This document shows positions 48,062-61,979 of a DNA stretch of 64,000 nucleotides, piece by piece. The translations under genes and the position numbers were made by a program. The DNA lies in NCBI GenBank assembly GCA_016618085.1, contig JABLTG010000025.1, positions 1-64,000 on the forward strand. Reading direction: 5' to 3'. The notes under the pieces are model-generated. The model was not told where the DNA came from. It saw only the letters and a program-made list of their open reading frames with translations, and ran no database searches. The number at the start of each line of letters is the position of its first letter. The first letter of the stretch is position 1. The DNA comes from Neovahlkampfia damariscottae. Its lineage: Eukaryota.

Positions 48062-48308
48062 TTTTCATCCAATCATTTTTTTTCACTGCTCTATTGTTGA
48101 ACACTTTTTGATTCTTTCATCTTCGCAGATTCAACAATTACGGAATTTACTACAATCATGGAAGGTTAATTGTGACAAGAAAAAAATTTGAAGAAATAAT
48201 ATTTTTCTTGGTGATTTGTCAAATAATTTTATTCTGAAGGAACTAAAAGAAAAAAAAAAAAAAAAATTCATTTTCAATTTTTTTACACCAAGTTATTAAT
48301 TTTTTTTT

Positions 48309-49946
48309 TCAACCAAAAATTTTTACCAGAATCCAAACTAAAGCAATGAACAAACCAAGTCCCATACAGACACTCAATAAATATCTTTGTTTTTTTGGTG
48401 TTGGTTTAATTCTTGTCAAATATGTATGATAAACGGAATCTGATATTCTTTTTATTCCAAACCAAACTCTTTGTAATGGAGCTATTGTAATCTGCAATTC
48501 TGACCAAACTTTCCTCAATTCTTCTGTTCTTGAAGCAACATTTGCACCTGCTTGAACAACATCTTGGGCAGGACTTATAAAATCTTTTATTTTCATTAAT
48601 GGATAAATGACTGCATAATAAATCAATTTTATCAATTCAAATAAAGTTGAAAAAACAACAGAAATTGCTTCAAGTGGTCCATAAAATAACCAAGTGATTA
48701 AATTTTTGATATTCAACAAAAAGTTGAATAAAATTTGAAAAAAATTCAAAGGTATTGTTAAAACATAACTAAATAAATTCTTCAAATGATTAAAAATCAT
48801 TGAAATTGGTTGAGAAATTGTCCAAAACAAATTGATAATTGGATCAAAATAACTTCCAATTAATGAACAATAATCAAGTAAAATACCCCATGCCTGAGAT
48901 ATCAATGGAAATCGAATTTCAAATAATTTTCCAAATACCAAACCAATTCGATTGAATATCAACGGAAATAATAATACAATTCTATTTTCTAGTAATGGTT
49001 CAATAATTGGGCCAAAAACTTTTCTAATAGCATCTCCAACAAAGGGCAAATGTTTGTACAAATCATAAAAACCCCAAAATAGAGATATAATGATATAAAC
49101 GTTAACAAAAAAAGTAACAAATAATCTGACATAATATGAGTAATAAATTGGTATTCTAAATTTGAATTCTTTTTTTTTTCTTACCTATATCGATTTACAA
49201 ATGTACACCAACTTGGTAATTGTTTGATTGATAATTTCAATAATCTTTTGTCACTTTTTAACACAATTTCATCAAAATAAGTTGCTGAATCCTGTTTTTT
49301 ACATTGTAAAAAGAACATATCTGTGCTTGACAAAGGAAAAAGTTGAGTTTTTTTTTTGTGATTACCATAAAAGAGGATTGTCATGTTTCTTTTTTCTAAA
49401 AAGTTCTATGGCTATTATTACATCTTCACAAGGAGCATATTGAAAATCTAAACCTGATATTTCATCAAATGAAATGGTCAAAGTCTCTCGAACATTCATT
49501 CTTGGAGTTCTAAACCCAGGATCGATAATTTGTTTTAATTGTTTGCTTAAACTTTGATCTTTGTAGTTATTGAGTTTTAATATAATGCATTTTTTATGAG
49601 GACGAGCATCTACTGTTATTGTTGGTTTTTCATAAGCATAATGAAATTCATTTTTGTATAATTTTACAGCTTGAAAAACTCCTAGTAGTTTACTACCTTC
49701 TTCTGCACTTCTTGAAGTTGGTGAACTGCCATTTTGGTTATAAGAGTTTGCAGTTAGTGGTGATTCCATCACTTTATTTAAATTTTTAAGTGGTGGTGGA
49801 CTTTCAAATAATTTCTTCCTCAACCTGAGTTGACTTTCTTCTTCGTATTGTGGAGAAGGACTTGGTGTGAATTGATAAGGTGGAGGTGTAACATTCACAA
49901 GAGGTGTTTCCATCTCTTCGTGTAAGTTTTTGATTGGTTGATCCAT
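48309..49946 (-). CDS. Hypothetical membrane protein (multi-exon)
   Basis: Three co-oriented ORFs separated by tiny GT-AG introns; amphipathic/hydrophobic C-terminal half. Confidence 0.7.
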
Positions 49947-50034
49947 TTTTTGAATTGATTTATCTTCAATAATTTAACATGAATTCAAAAACTTAAATAT
50001 TTCTCTCCAACCGTTTTTTTTAAACCAATCAAAG

Positions 50035-50313
50035 ATGTATTGGAAATCAACTTCATTTCGGAGTAGAAAATTGTTCCTAGCTGCTTTGAAAGAACCAAAC
50101 ACCTACTACTTTGGAATTACAACAATTCTTCTTTTTGGAGGTTCCATTAAATTTGGTTATAATAACATTATTACAAGAAATAAAAACCGAGAAGATGAAT
50201 TGGAAATTCTTGAAGGAATAAAGTAAGAATATACATTATTCTAACTGAAAAATAGACAAAATACAAAAAAATTCAAACTTTCCAGAAATATTTATGATCC
50301 ACCGATGAAATAA
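50035..50313 (+). CDS. Small single-pass membrane protein (2 exons)
   Basis: CCAATC immediately upstream, one TM segment, one tiny intron. Confidence 0.6.
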
Positions 50314-50453
50314 AAACCAAAAAAAAAAAATAAAAAGGAGAATTTAATAAAGTGAAAAATTTATCAGAAGTGGTTAGTTGTGACAAGATTTAATTTCTCT
50401 TATTTTTCTTTTTTTCGAACCAATCACCATCTCTTTGTTTTTTTTGAAAGTCG

Positions 50454-53400
50454 ATGACCAAGAAATCTTTGAAGGATAAAAAATCGAAACCAAACAGCAG
50501 TAAAAAAGGAAAGAGTCAAAAAAATAAACATCCACAAGTTTATGATGGTTTCAAACATCAAGTCAAAGTGCAAAAAAATGTTGAAAAACATGTCACTGGT
50601 GAATCTCAACAGCAAGAAAAAAAAGAAATTAAAATTGAAAAAAAAATTGAAAAACCTATTGATTTATCTATACCTGTCTTTACAGATATTCAAAAAGTAA
50701 AATATAGTTCAAATTTGGAAAAAAACTTAAAAGAGATTTTGAAACCAAAAAAGACAGAAGAAAAGGTTGATCAAAATGAATCAGAATATGAAAAATATCA
50801 TTACTATATCATACAATTTGAAAATTATGGCTTCAAAAAAGAAGAAATTTTAAAGAAAATTCAAAAAGAAAATGAATTAAACTTTAAGAACATTTACAAA
50901 TCATTGACAAATGAAAATTTTGATTATGACAAAGAAGATACAGAAGACTTAAAAAATGATGAAATTACAGTTTTAGAATCAATTTTTGATGAAAAAATGA
51001 CAAACAATCAAAATGAAATCATTTCAATTTTTTCAGAGTATGAAGGTATTGGAAAGGTAACTTGGAAATTCATCATAAAAAAATCATCAGTATATCCAAT
51101 GGAGATACCAAAAATCGAAATTATCGGAAATTTCACTGAAAAAGAATTATCCAAATTGAAAAAATCAATTTACACATTTTCTATTGATTATATCGGAACT
51201 GCAATGATTTATTCGATTATTACATATTTAGAGGAAAATATTTACAAAATTTTGAATCAAGAAGAGAAATCCGAAACCAGATTGAATTCTTATATGAAAG
51301 AGATGAAAAATTCAAAATATTCTTTCAATGAATTAAATAATCCTTGGAAAATGGGTATTTCAGAAAAACAAAAGAAAAAAGAAATTGAATTTAAAGAAAA
51401 TATAGAACTCAAGACTTCTGAAATAAATCAAAAAGAAAGAAAAATTGATGAAGAAATTTTGAAAAAAAGAGAACAACTTCCTAGTTATAAAATTAAAGAA
51501 GAAATTGTAAAAACTATTGAATCAAACCAAGTAACAATTATATCTGGTGCTACAGGTTGTGGTAAAACTACACAGGTGAATTTATTTGTTTTTTTAATTC
51601 TTTAAGATTCCTCAATTCATACTTGATGCATGTCCTAATTCAAATGTGATTTGCACTCAGCCTCGAAGAATTTCAGCAATTTCAGTATCAGAAAGAGTTG
51701 CATTTGAAAGAGGACAAAAAATTGGAAAAGAAGTTGGATATTCAATTCGACTTGAAAACAAAAGATCTAATGAAACAAAATTATTATTTTGTACCACTGG
51801 TGTTTTGTTAAGAACTTTAGAAAGTAAGAAAATGTGTTTTTAACATTATAGATGATCCATATTTACAAGGGATAACTCATTTAATTATTGACGAAATTCA
51901 TGAAAGATCAGTTGAAAGTGATTTCTTGTTAATAATTATGAAGGATATTTTAAAAAAGAGAAAAAAATTAAAACTAATTTTGATGTCAGCAACATTAAAT
52001 TCTGAACTATTTTCACAATATTTCAAATGTCCAATTATTGAAATTGAAGGAAGAACATTTCCTGTTAAAAGATTTTATTTAGAAGATATTTATAGATTAG
52101 TTTCACCTCGGGATTTGAAACAAATTAAACAAATTGAAGATGAAAAGAATATCAAATATCTTGATGAAAAACCTATTGATACAGATTTGATCATTGAATT
52201 ATTGAAATATATTTGCAAACAAGAAGAAGGAGGTGTGTTAATTTTTCTTCCTGGAATTCAAGAAATTATGAAACTTTATAAACAAATTCTTCAAGAGAAA
52301 TTTATTTATCAAGATAAAAAGAAATACAACGTTATTCCATTACATTCATCTCTTTCAAGTTTTGATCAACATTTAGTATTTGATGTTCCACCAAAAGGAG
52401 TCAGAAAAATTATTCTATCAACCAATATCGCAGAAACATCAGTTACTATTGACGATATTGTGTATGTTATTGATACTGGAAAAATGAAAGAAATGCAATA
52501 TGATGCAGAAAGAGGAATGTCTTGTTTAGTTGAATGTATGGTTTCAAAAGCGAATTCAAAACAAAGATCTGGAAGAGCAGGTAGAGTCAAAAAAGGAAAT
52601 TGTTTTCATTTATACACAAAATATAGAGAAAAATTTCTTTCTGAAAATCAAGATCCGGAAATGTTGAGAACTCCACTTGAACAGCTTTGCTTGAAAATTA
52701 TTCATTTAGAACTTGGAGATGTAAAAAAATTCTTGAATAGAGCTATTGATCCTCCAAATGAAGAATCAATAGATTTTGCATTGAAAACTTTACAAAATTT
52801 ATACGCTGTGGATCCAGATACATTGAAATTAACTCCTTTAGGGTATCATTTAGCAACACTACCTGTTGATGCTAGATTAGGAAAGATGATTTTATTTGGA
52901 ACAATTTTCAAATGTTTGGATCCAATTTTGACGATTGCTGCAAGTACTAGTTTACAAAGTCCTTTTATTTCACCGTTCAATAAGCAAGAAGAAGCTTATA
53001 ATGCAAAGAAAAAATTTGGTGTTGAACAAAGTGATCATTTGACACTTTTGAAAGCATTCAATCAATGGCAAGAAGCAACGAAAGAAAAAAAAGAAAAAGA
53101 TTTTTGTAAAGAAAATTATTTATCACAACAAACTTTAAAAATGATTTTTGATATGAAAAAACAATTTGTTCAATTATTGAAAACAGTTGGATTTATTAAA
53201 ACATCTTACTCAATGAAAGATGAAATCAATGAAAATTCTGAAAATTTAAATATAATTAATTCTGTTGTTTGTGCTGGATTATATCCAAATATTGCATTTA
53301 TTTCTCATTCTAAAGTTGAAGATCAAGTTCCAAAATTTTATATCAAAAATGGAAATCAAGTTTACATTCATCCTTCTTCAATTTTACATAATGAATCAAA

Positions 53401-53743
53401 ATTTGAAAATAATTATTTGATTTATCAAGAAATTGTAAAAACATCCAAGATTTATGTTAGAAGTGCTTCAGTTGTAACTCCTTATCCATTGATTTTGTTT
53501 GCAGAAAAAATGAAAATTGAAGGAGATTGTGTTGTTTTGGATGGTTGGATAATGTTCAAAATTTCAAAGGAAGTTGCAAATTTGTTAAGAGAATTAAGAG
53601 TTGAAATGGTTCGAATCTTAGTTGATAAATTAGAAAATCCAGAAATTGATATCAGTTCTTCCAAGAGTTCTGAATTAATGGAAGGTTTATTGTCAATGAT
53701 TCAAAATGAATTTTCAAATCATTTGAATGTTGAGTTGAAATAA
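50454..53743 (+). CDS. DEAH/RHA RNA helicase with RWD domain (DHX57/DHX29/DHX36-like)
   Basis: [51 protein letters not shown]2/OB regions; RWD YPMEIP. Confidence 0.93.
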
Positions 53744-53913
53744 AATGGAAATTCAAGAAAGTAATAAAGTGGTGGATGATACTTAGATCTTACTGAATTT
53801 TCTTTATAATCAAGAATAAATTGACCAATGTAATTCTATTTCTTAAATGCAATGTTTTACTAAATTAGTTATCTTGTTCTTGACCTTTTTCAACTTTTTA
53901 TTCTTTTTCATTT

Positions 53914-54043
53914 TGAGTGGCTTCATCTCGATAGAATTGAGATAGACGAAAGTACATTGCCCTGCTCTTAACAGAGGTGATTCTCTCAGTTCTATGTACC
54001 TGGAAAAACTGAGCGATTAACAAATTCACGACGAAGTTGCTTA
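53914..54043 (+). ncRNA. Candidate structured non-coding RNA, family unknown
   Basis: GC-richer intergenic island with an 11-bp terminal helix (including G-U pairs), internal hairpins and a possible pseudoknot. Confidence 0.4.
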
Positions 54044-54262
54044 TTTGGTAAAACTTAAAAATGAATATGAACTAGTTCTTGATGTTTTGAAAAAGATAAA
54101 ATAAACCTTTGTTCACATATATTTTATATTTGTTTCTTCAAACCAGAGTATCCATTACGAGCAGGGAAATGTACTTTCCTTGCTTATAGAAATCTCTGCA
54201 ATTTTCTCAAAGAAAAGCTGAAAAGAAATTTTTCTCCAATCGGAGTTTTTATAAATAAGACA

Positions 54263-55223
54263 ATGAAAATCAGAGGTGAAGAATTGATTTGATTTAATTT
54301 TTCTAGTCAGACCACCAACAGGACAACCATTTGTCTTAGAATTAAAAGATGAAACTACATTTGAAGAACTTGGTGAAATGGTAAAAGCTAAAACTGACAT
54401 GAAATCAGTTGACCGTAAAATCAACTATATTCTCAAAAACGTTAGTTTTATCTGGGTTTCCACCAAAACAAATCACAGGAAATCCAAAAGATTCTGTCAA
54501 AAACTTAGGAATTAAAAATGGAGACCAAATTACAGTTAAAACAGGCTCAGGAGTACAAAAAGGAAAAATGGATGGTCCTTATGTACCACCAAGGTATGAT
54601 TTTTTTGCAATATTCCTCATTAATTTTTTTTATTCAGTATTTTATTTAATAAAGAAACTAAAAACTTCACAAGGTGATAAAATGGGTAGTTTGGAGAGAA
54701 GAAAAATGGAAGGTGATAATTCTTGTTTATTTCATGCTGTAGCCTATAGTTTTCAATATTTTTAATTTTTACCTTTTTTCTTGAAGTTGCTCTTGACAAA
54801 CAAGATTCAGGTTATGAATTACGTGAATTAGCAGCTCAAATAATTTTGTTGGACACAAAAACCTACAATGAAGGATATTTAGGGGAAAAACCTTATGCAT
54901 ATGCTCAGCATATAACCAATTTGAATGTATTCGGAGGTGGAATTGAGTTACAAATATTTTCAGATTATTTCAAAATCGAAATTTGTAGTTTTGATCTTCA
55001 AACTTGTCGTGAAGATCATTTTGGTCTTAACAAAGGATATTCAAGAAAAGGATTTTTACTTTATACTGGAGATCATTATGATGTCCTTGCTCTTGCAAAA
55101 TCTGGAAGTTCACACAAGAAAGATGATCAAGTGTTGTTCAATTCATCAGATGAGACAGTGATGAAAAAAGCCAGAGCTTTCATAAAAGACTTAAATCAAC
55201 AATTGATGAAAAATGGAAAATAA
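54263..55223 (+). CDS. OTU1: OTU1/YOD1-like deubiquitinase with N-terminal ubiquitin-like domain
   Basis: LSGFPPK, GIKNGDQI, MEGDNSCLFHAV, FGGGIEL, LYTGDHYDVL. Confidence 0.85.
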
Positions 55224-55461
55224 ATTTGACATTTTGAGTGAAGGGAGAAAATTTTTGGAACCATTTTGATTTTCCAATTTCTTGATATATTTTTGTGAAA
55301 ATTTCAATTTTTTGGGAAAACCCAAAAAAAAATAATTTGGTCCAAATAGAAGGTAAATACCGAAAATAATTGGTCAATTTTTTTTTTTCCGAGCCAATAA
55401 ATGTATTGGAAAGTTTCTTTTTTGTTTGTCTGAATTAACCAAGAAACACTACAAAGCCAAC

Positions 55462-55998
55462 ATGATTATTTTCAAAGATATCTTTTCCGGAGACGAATTA
55501 TGCTCAGATGCATATAAAATGGTTGAATTACACGATGTTGTTTACAAAATCGAATCAAAATTGACAATCATCAACGAAAGTGGAGATTTCCAAGTTTATG
55601 ACGGAAATGCTTTTGGAGGAAACAACGATGATGAAGAAGAAGGTGTTGCTTTAAAAGAAGGTGAATCAAAAGTTAATGAAATCGTCCACAAATTTCATCT
55701 CCAACTTACTGGTTTCGATAAATTAAAAGATTATCAAGTCGGATTAAAAGGATATTTAAAAAGAATTGTTGAACACTTAACAAAAGAAAACCCTGATAGA
55801 GTTAAACCATTCCAAGCTGGAGTACAAAAATTTGTTAAAGAAATCTTTGGAGACAAATCAACAAAATTCTCAGATATCGAATTCTACACAGGAGAAAGTT
55901 ATGACGCAGAAGCTATGATTGTTATTTGTAAATGGGACGAAAATGATATTCCTCAAATCTACCTCTTCAAAGATGGTGTTAAAGAAGAAAAAAATTAA
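55462..55998 (+). CDS. TPT1: Translationally controlled tumour protein
   Basis: MIIFKDIFSGDELCSDAY, FYTGES, LFKDGVKEEK. Confidence 0.96.
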   Translation: MIIFKDIFSGDELCSDAYKMVELHDVVYKIESKLTIINESGDFQVYDGNAFGGNNDDEEEGVALKEGESKVNEIVHKFHLQLTGFDKLKDYQVGLKGYLKRIVEHLTKENPDRVKPFQAGVQKFVKEIFGDKSTKFSDIEFYTGESYDAEAMIVICKWDENDIPQIYLFKDGVKEEKN

Positions 55999-56275
55999 AA
56001 AGACACATTAATAAAATCAAATTTTCATCTTATACTTTTACGCTTGTTTTTCTTTTTGATTCAATCTAAAAAAACAAATAAAAGGCAATAGTATTTGAAC
56101 CTTCCATTGACTTTTTAACCAATGGATTTTTCATTTCCACGTCATCCCAAATCAAATTTGAAAATTATTAATTTTGTAAAATAAACTGATCTTATTGTTG
56201 AATAAATTAGGAGAATTTCTTTTTTCATCATTTTTTCGTCCAATCAGGAAATTTTCCTTCCAAGTTCAAGTCTGA

Positions 56276-58305
56276 ATGTCGTTTTTCGGAGGTTTTTTAT
56301 CAGGAATAACTCGAGCTACAGATATGCTAAGTGGAGCAATCGATATTGTTGTTGTAAAACAACCTGTAACATAGAAAATAAAGAATTAACTCTTCACAGG
56401 ATGGATCTTTTCGTTCAACTCCATTTCATGTGAGATTTGGAGCACTCAAACTATACAACAGCAGTGAAAAAAAAGTAAAAGAACAAAAAAATTAAGTTTT
56501 CAAGGTTCGAATAATGATCAATGGAAAATTAACAGATGTGTGTATGAAAGTAGGTGATGCTGGTGAAGTTTTTTTTGTTCAAGAAACATCTGGTCCTGTA
56601 ACGAATAAAAGTATAATAACAAGTCCTATAATTGATTTAAGTCCAAAATATGAAGAAGAAGACACTTTTGATTTGAATGAAGATTTTATTGACGTTGACT
56701 TATCACAATTAGACTTTGAAGATACTGTGGCACCTATTTCTGCAAGAAAAAGACCAAGTATATCTGATTTTCCACCAAAAACAGTGGAAGAAGCAAAAAT
56801 TCTAGAAAAAAAATTAAACGTCGCTTTGGATGCAATTGAAAAAGAAGAACAAGATGAATTATTAGAAGAAGAGATAAAAAACAATGTAAATAAAAAAGAA
56901 GAATCAAATTCTTACTGGTTTTGGGGTAAATTACCATCTTGGTTCGGATTTAAAGAAGAAAATTCATTGGATATCAAAAAAAAGAATGACTTCATTGAAC
57001 AACAGTATTTAGAGACATTAGAAAAAGAATATGGTCACTATAAAGAAGATACAAAAATCATTAATTTGAGAAATTTATTAGAAGAAGAAACTGAAGAAGA
57101 AGAAACAAAAAAAGAAAATGTAGTTCCAGTAACAACTGGAAATGAAACTTCACCAAATCAAAAGGTTATTTCATCAACACCTTCAAGTTCAAAGACATTA
57201 TCACCTGAATCAACTACTCCAACAAAAGTTTTATCTCCTTTACAACAAGTTTCACCAAAGAAATTATCTCCAGCTTTAAAATTAGACTTTAAAAATGAAA
57301 GTAATTTAAAGAATTTAACTCCTTCACTTCCACCTTCAATGACACCTCAATCATCACCAAAACCAAATGAAAAAACGAAACAAGAAAATACTGATGAATT
57401 AGTAGTAAAAGAATCAACAAACTCATGGAAACGATGGCTATTTGTTGATACATCCAAAGATAATGAACCAACTTTTGAAAAATCTGTTTATCCAACCAGT
57501 GAACAAATTAATTCATTAGGATTAAAAGACGGAAAAAATGAAATCAAATTTATTGTTTCTAGTAGAGTACAAGGACCACAAGAAATTGTTGCACAAATAT
57601 ATCTCTGGAATCATGATACCAAAATTGTTATTTCTGATATCGATGGAACAATCACTAAAAGTGATGCTTTAGGACATATTTTACCAATGATGGGAAAAGA
57701 TTGGTCTCACAGTGGAATTGCTGGATTATACACCAATATTGAAAAAAATGGATATAAAATCTTATACTTAACTTCAAGATCAATTTTACAAGCAGGTGCT
57801 ACTCGTGGATATATTGACAGTGTTAAACAAGAACAAGATTTAGACACAAATAAACACTATGTACTTCCTGAAGGACCAATAATTACAAGTCCAGAAAAAT
57901 TAATGCAATGTTTAACAAGAGAAGTTATTACTAGAAATCCTGAAGAATTTAAAATTGCAGCATTGAGAGATGTTCAATTACTATTTCCAAAAGATCCATT
58001 TTATGCAGGATTTGGAAATAAAATCAACGTAAGACTTGAATATTTCATAAAAAAAAAAATAGGATTTTATTGCTTATCGGACTGTTGGAGTTCCAATTTA
58101 TAGAATTTTTATTATTGAATCAACCGGAATTTTAAGAGTCAATTCAGTTTTACATAAATCTTATAAAGATGTAAATGAATTAGTTGATATGATATTTCCA
58201 GATTTAAAATCAAAAAAGTTTGAGACTGGATTTACAAGTTTTCAATATTGGAAATTACCAATCAGAAGTGTAGCAAGTATTGAAGATTTATCAGAATTAA
58301 AATAA
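56276..58305 (+). CDS. PAH1: Lipin / phosphatidate phosphatase Pah1
   Basis: NLIP LSGAIDIVVVKQPDGSFRSTPFHVRFG; HAD motif SDIDGTITKSD; FYAGFGN. Confidence 0.95.
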
Positions 58306-58318
58306 AAAGAAGATATAT

Positions 58319-58989
58319 TTAATAAATTTTTGCTGTTGATCTTGAAGTTGAGAGGAATGATAAATCTTCATAAATTTCATCTGTTCTTAAAGTCAAATTG
58401 ATATTCAAACCAGGTGGATTTTTTTTCTTTTTTTTTTCAACTTTTTTTTTGTTTTGAGTTTTTTGGTTTGATTTTAAATCTACATGTGTATATGGTGTTC
58501 CAAGTTTTTCAGATTCTAATTTTTTTTGTTTTTCCAACAAGTCATTGATCATTTTTTCTTTTAAAGTTACAACGTCGTTCTAGTCGAAATATTAAAATTA
58601 AGATGATTTTGAGTTACCTGATAATCATTTTCAGTTTGTTCTTTCAGTTGGTTGAATGAATTTTCAATACTCTGTATTTTCATCTTTTTGAAGTTTTCCG
58701 CTGTTTCGATTTTTTTTAGTTTTTCTTGAATAAAATTTTGACGGATGTTGTTAAATTCATCATGTTTTTCATCTTTAATCATCTGTATTTCTTTTCCTAT
58801 CTGATCCATTTTGTTAAAAAATTCTTCGTCTGGCATTTTGTCATTTTGAATATTTTGAATGAAAGTATTATTATGTAAAGGTTGTATTGGTATCATATTT
58901 TGAAGTTGAGAATAACTCATCAATTTTGGTGGTTGATTGAAGTTCATTTGAGTTGGAAGTGTTGGTTGAATATTTCGATTTGGATCCAT
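58319..58989 (-). CDS. Sds3-like (Sin3/HDAC complex) protein
   Basis: Coiled-coil body, C-terminal LRTDEIYEDL; one intron. Confidence 0.6.
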
Positions 58990-59094
58990 TTGAATGATTC
59001 TAATGATTGGTTAATTACCACCAATCAATTTATTTCAATTTCCAAAAAACAAACAGAAAAATTAAATCAATAAAATAAATCCAAAAATTTTTTT

Positions 59095-60175
59095 TTAAAT
59101 TTTTTTTAATGAATTTGGAACTCCTCTACAATTTGAAGGTGATGTTTGAGTGTTGTCTTTGAAGTCTGTTCCAACAGCAAAAAATGCGCAATTATTTCTA
59201 TCACATTGACCTGCACCTCCTGATGTAGCTTTGTTTTTATGAATTTTACCACCAACCATATTTAAAGTTGCAGTTCCACAATAAAAACCACCTCCTGTTG
59301 TTGCAGCACAATTAATCAAATCAAAATTTTTAGTTCTGACTTCAGATGATGAAGAAACATAAAAACCACCTCCAAGTTTACCATTTGATCTTGAGTTGAT
59401 ATTATTTGCTTTTGAATCTTCAATAACTCCTTTTGATTTTCTAACGGTGTAAGCATATTCTGAATCTTGAATTAAAGTGGATTGAATTGTAAAATCGTTA
59501 ACATCATCAATAGTTAATCCACAAGGAAGACGTTGACAATTTTTAATGGAATGAAGAACGACATTTTTAATTTTTAAATTTCCAACATTTCTAACAAGGA
59601 GACCTTGAAAAGCATTTCTAATTTGAATGTCAGTAATAATGACAGAAGGTGTTTTTCCAGTGATTGATACACCTTTTGTGTTTGTCATCATAACTTTTGA
59701 GATTTCAATTTTTGATTTTGCGTCTTCAATTTTTATAGCTTCACCTAAACCAATTGTGTTAAAAAAATTTTTTTTTTTTACTGCTTGCAGGTTCAAATTT
59801 TACATCTGTAATTTTGACAGAATCAGCACCCACTGAATAAAAAGCGAGATGTGTTTTTGATTCCCAGTTCAACCCAGAAATTTGAATATCTTTACTTTTA
59901 CTTGATAAGAAACCTGCAAAAAGAGGAGTGACACCACTTTCAGAAATTCCTGAAATTTTGAATGATTTTGAGACTTCTGTTATTCCAAGGTTATAAACAC
60001 CAATTTCAACTTTGACTGTGTCACCATCTTTCAAAGAAGCATATGCTTTTTGAAAAGTGAGGAGTGGATTGAGTTTAGTTCCAGAATTGTTATCATCACC
60101 TCTGAGTTGTGAAATATACCAATCTTTTGCAAAAACTGCAGACACCAAAACGATTGTGAAGAAGATAATTTTCAT
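59095..60175 (-). CDS. Secreted parallel beta-helix (pectin-lyase fold, DUF1565-like) protein
   Basis: Signal peptide, WYISQLRGDDNNSGTKLNPLLTFQKA, GDTVKV..GVY, GGGFY/NKATSGGA repeats. Confidence 0.8.
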
Positions 60176-60571
60176 TGCCTAAATGATTTTGATTCGTCAA
60201 TTGAACTTTGGAACTTCTATTTATAAACTTCTACTGTGCAGAAACTTAACGTAAGTCTAAGTCATGTGATTGGCCTACTGAGAACACACTTTATGGAAAA
60301 GTATTTCCAGTAAGAATGATACGATTGTCTGTATGATACAAGGAGATATAACAATATATACATTGCTACATTGCCCTATGAGTAGATTACATTATGTTGT
60401 CTTAAAAAAATTCAGGAATTTTGAATTATTTTTTGGAAATTTGAGTGTTCTACAATTCCAAATGAAAACTAAAAAATTTGAATTGATTTTTAATTTAAAA
60501 TAAAAGAAATAATTCTACGACGATTTACAAAAAAGTAAAATTTTTTTTGTAACCAATCATTTTCATTGATC

Positions 60572-61960
60572 ATGTTTTTGAATAAGTTCAACAAGTTTTG
60601 CGTTTCAAAAAATTTAATTTTTATTCCAAAAAGATACCACCAATTGGTGTTGATGATTTTAGAAAGATTGTTGAAGATAAAGACTTGCTTTATGTTGATA
60701 AAACTTTAATGATTAAAGAATTAATAGATGATTCATTAAAGTAGTTTTAATTACACGTCCAAGAAGATGGGGCAAGACACTTAATATGTCCATGATTCAA
60801 CACTTCTTTTCTCCTTCTGTTCTAAACAAAAAAACAAAAGGAATGTTTGAAGATTACAAGAATTCAAAAGTTGAAGATGGAAAATATTTGAAAGATCAAG
60901 GAAAATATCCAGTTGTTTATATTACCTTGAAAGATTTAACTACAAATGATTTTAGCTCTTTTGTTAGAGAATTTAGCCCCATTATTGCACAAGTTTACAG
61001 AGAACACAAAGAATACATTTTTTCAAAGCTAGACAGTGATGAAAAAAATCGTTTTAATCAATATCTTAATGATGAAATGGATGAAACTAAATCTCTCAAG
61101 GTCACTTGTATTTCTCTCTGAAATGCTTTACAGATATTCAAACCAAAAACGCGCTTTTATATTGATAGATGAATATGATACACCTCTCCAAATGGCTTAT
61201 GTTAAAGATAAACAAAAATATTTAGAAGATGTAAGAAATTTTATGAGAAAGTTATTCAGTTCAACACTTAAAAATAATAGATATCTTCAAAAAGCAATAT
61301 TAGCTGGAATATTACGTATTCCAAAAGCAAATTTATTTAGCGGATTTAATAACTTTGAAGAATATACAATGTTAAACCAACCTTATAGTACTTCTTTTGG
61401 ATATTTAGTTGAAGAAATTAAATTTATGCTTCAGGAATCTGATTTAAAAATGACTTCATTTGATGATATAAAAGAATGGTACAATGGATATATGATTTAT
61501 CAATCAACTTTATACAATCCATGGTCAATCAATAACTTTATTGATGAAAATGGTAAATTAAAATTATATTGGATAAAAATATCTCAAAATTCATTGATAA
61601 AAAAACTTATAACAGGAAAATCAGTAGAAATTCATCAGGTGGTTTTATCACCAAAACAATTGATGAACAAATGGAATTGAAAAATCTTGAAAATAGTGAA
61701 TCAGCAATTTGGAATTTATTTTATTTTACTGGTTATTTAACAACAAAAGAAGTTAGATTCAATTCTAAAAGACAATACGTTTGTGATCTCATCATTCCAA
61801 ATAAAGAAGTGAAGGCATTTTTTGAAAAGATTATCAAAAAATGATTCAATGATGTGAACAAAAAAAATATCATTCTTTCATTCAAAGTTTATTAGATGAA
61901 GATATTGAAAAATTTACAAAAAAATTATCTGATTATTTAATTTTTACATCAAGTTATCAT
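60572..61960 (+). pseudogene. Bacterial-type AAA-ATPase-like (PF09820) gene, frameshifted and 3'-truncated
   Basis: PIGVDDFR, YVDKT, TRPRRWGKTLNMSM, ILIDEYDTP, FSGFNN, WYNGY, LYNPWSI, FTGYLT, IPNKEV spread over several frames. Confidence 0.85.
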
Positions 61961-61979
61961 GATTTTGAGGTAGATTCGA

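Noticed and set aside
46890..48250. Terminal inverted repeats around the Mutator-like remnant
   Set aside because: Only patchy matches in AT-rich sequence.
53771..53800. C/D box snoRNA
   Set aside because: C box is imperfect, only about 9 nt of possible rRNA complementarity that does not abut the CTGA, and no clear terminal D box.
53945..54016. Hammerhead ribozyme or TPP riboswitch
   Set aside because: CGAAA, CTGAG and ACCTGG words occur, but their order, the cleavage-site U and the required stems do not fit either consensus.
54263..55223. Host OTU1 as the donor of the transposon OTU domain
   Set aside because: Only generic OTU motifs are shared; no close similarity visible.
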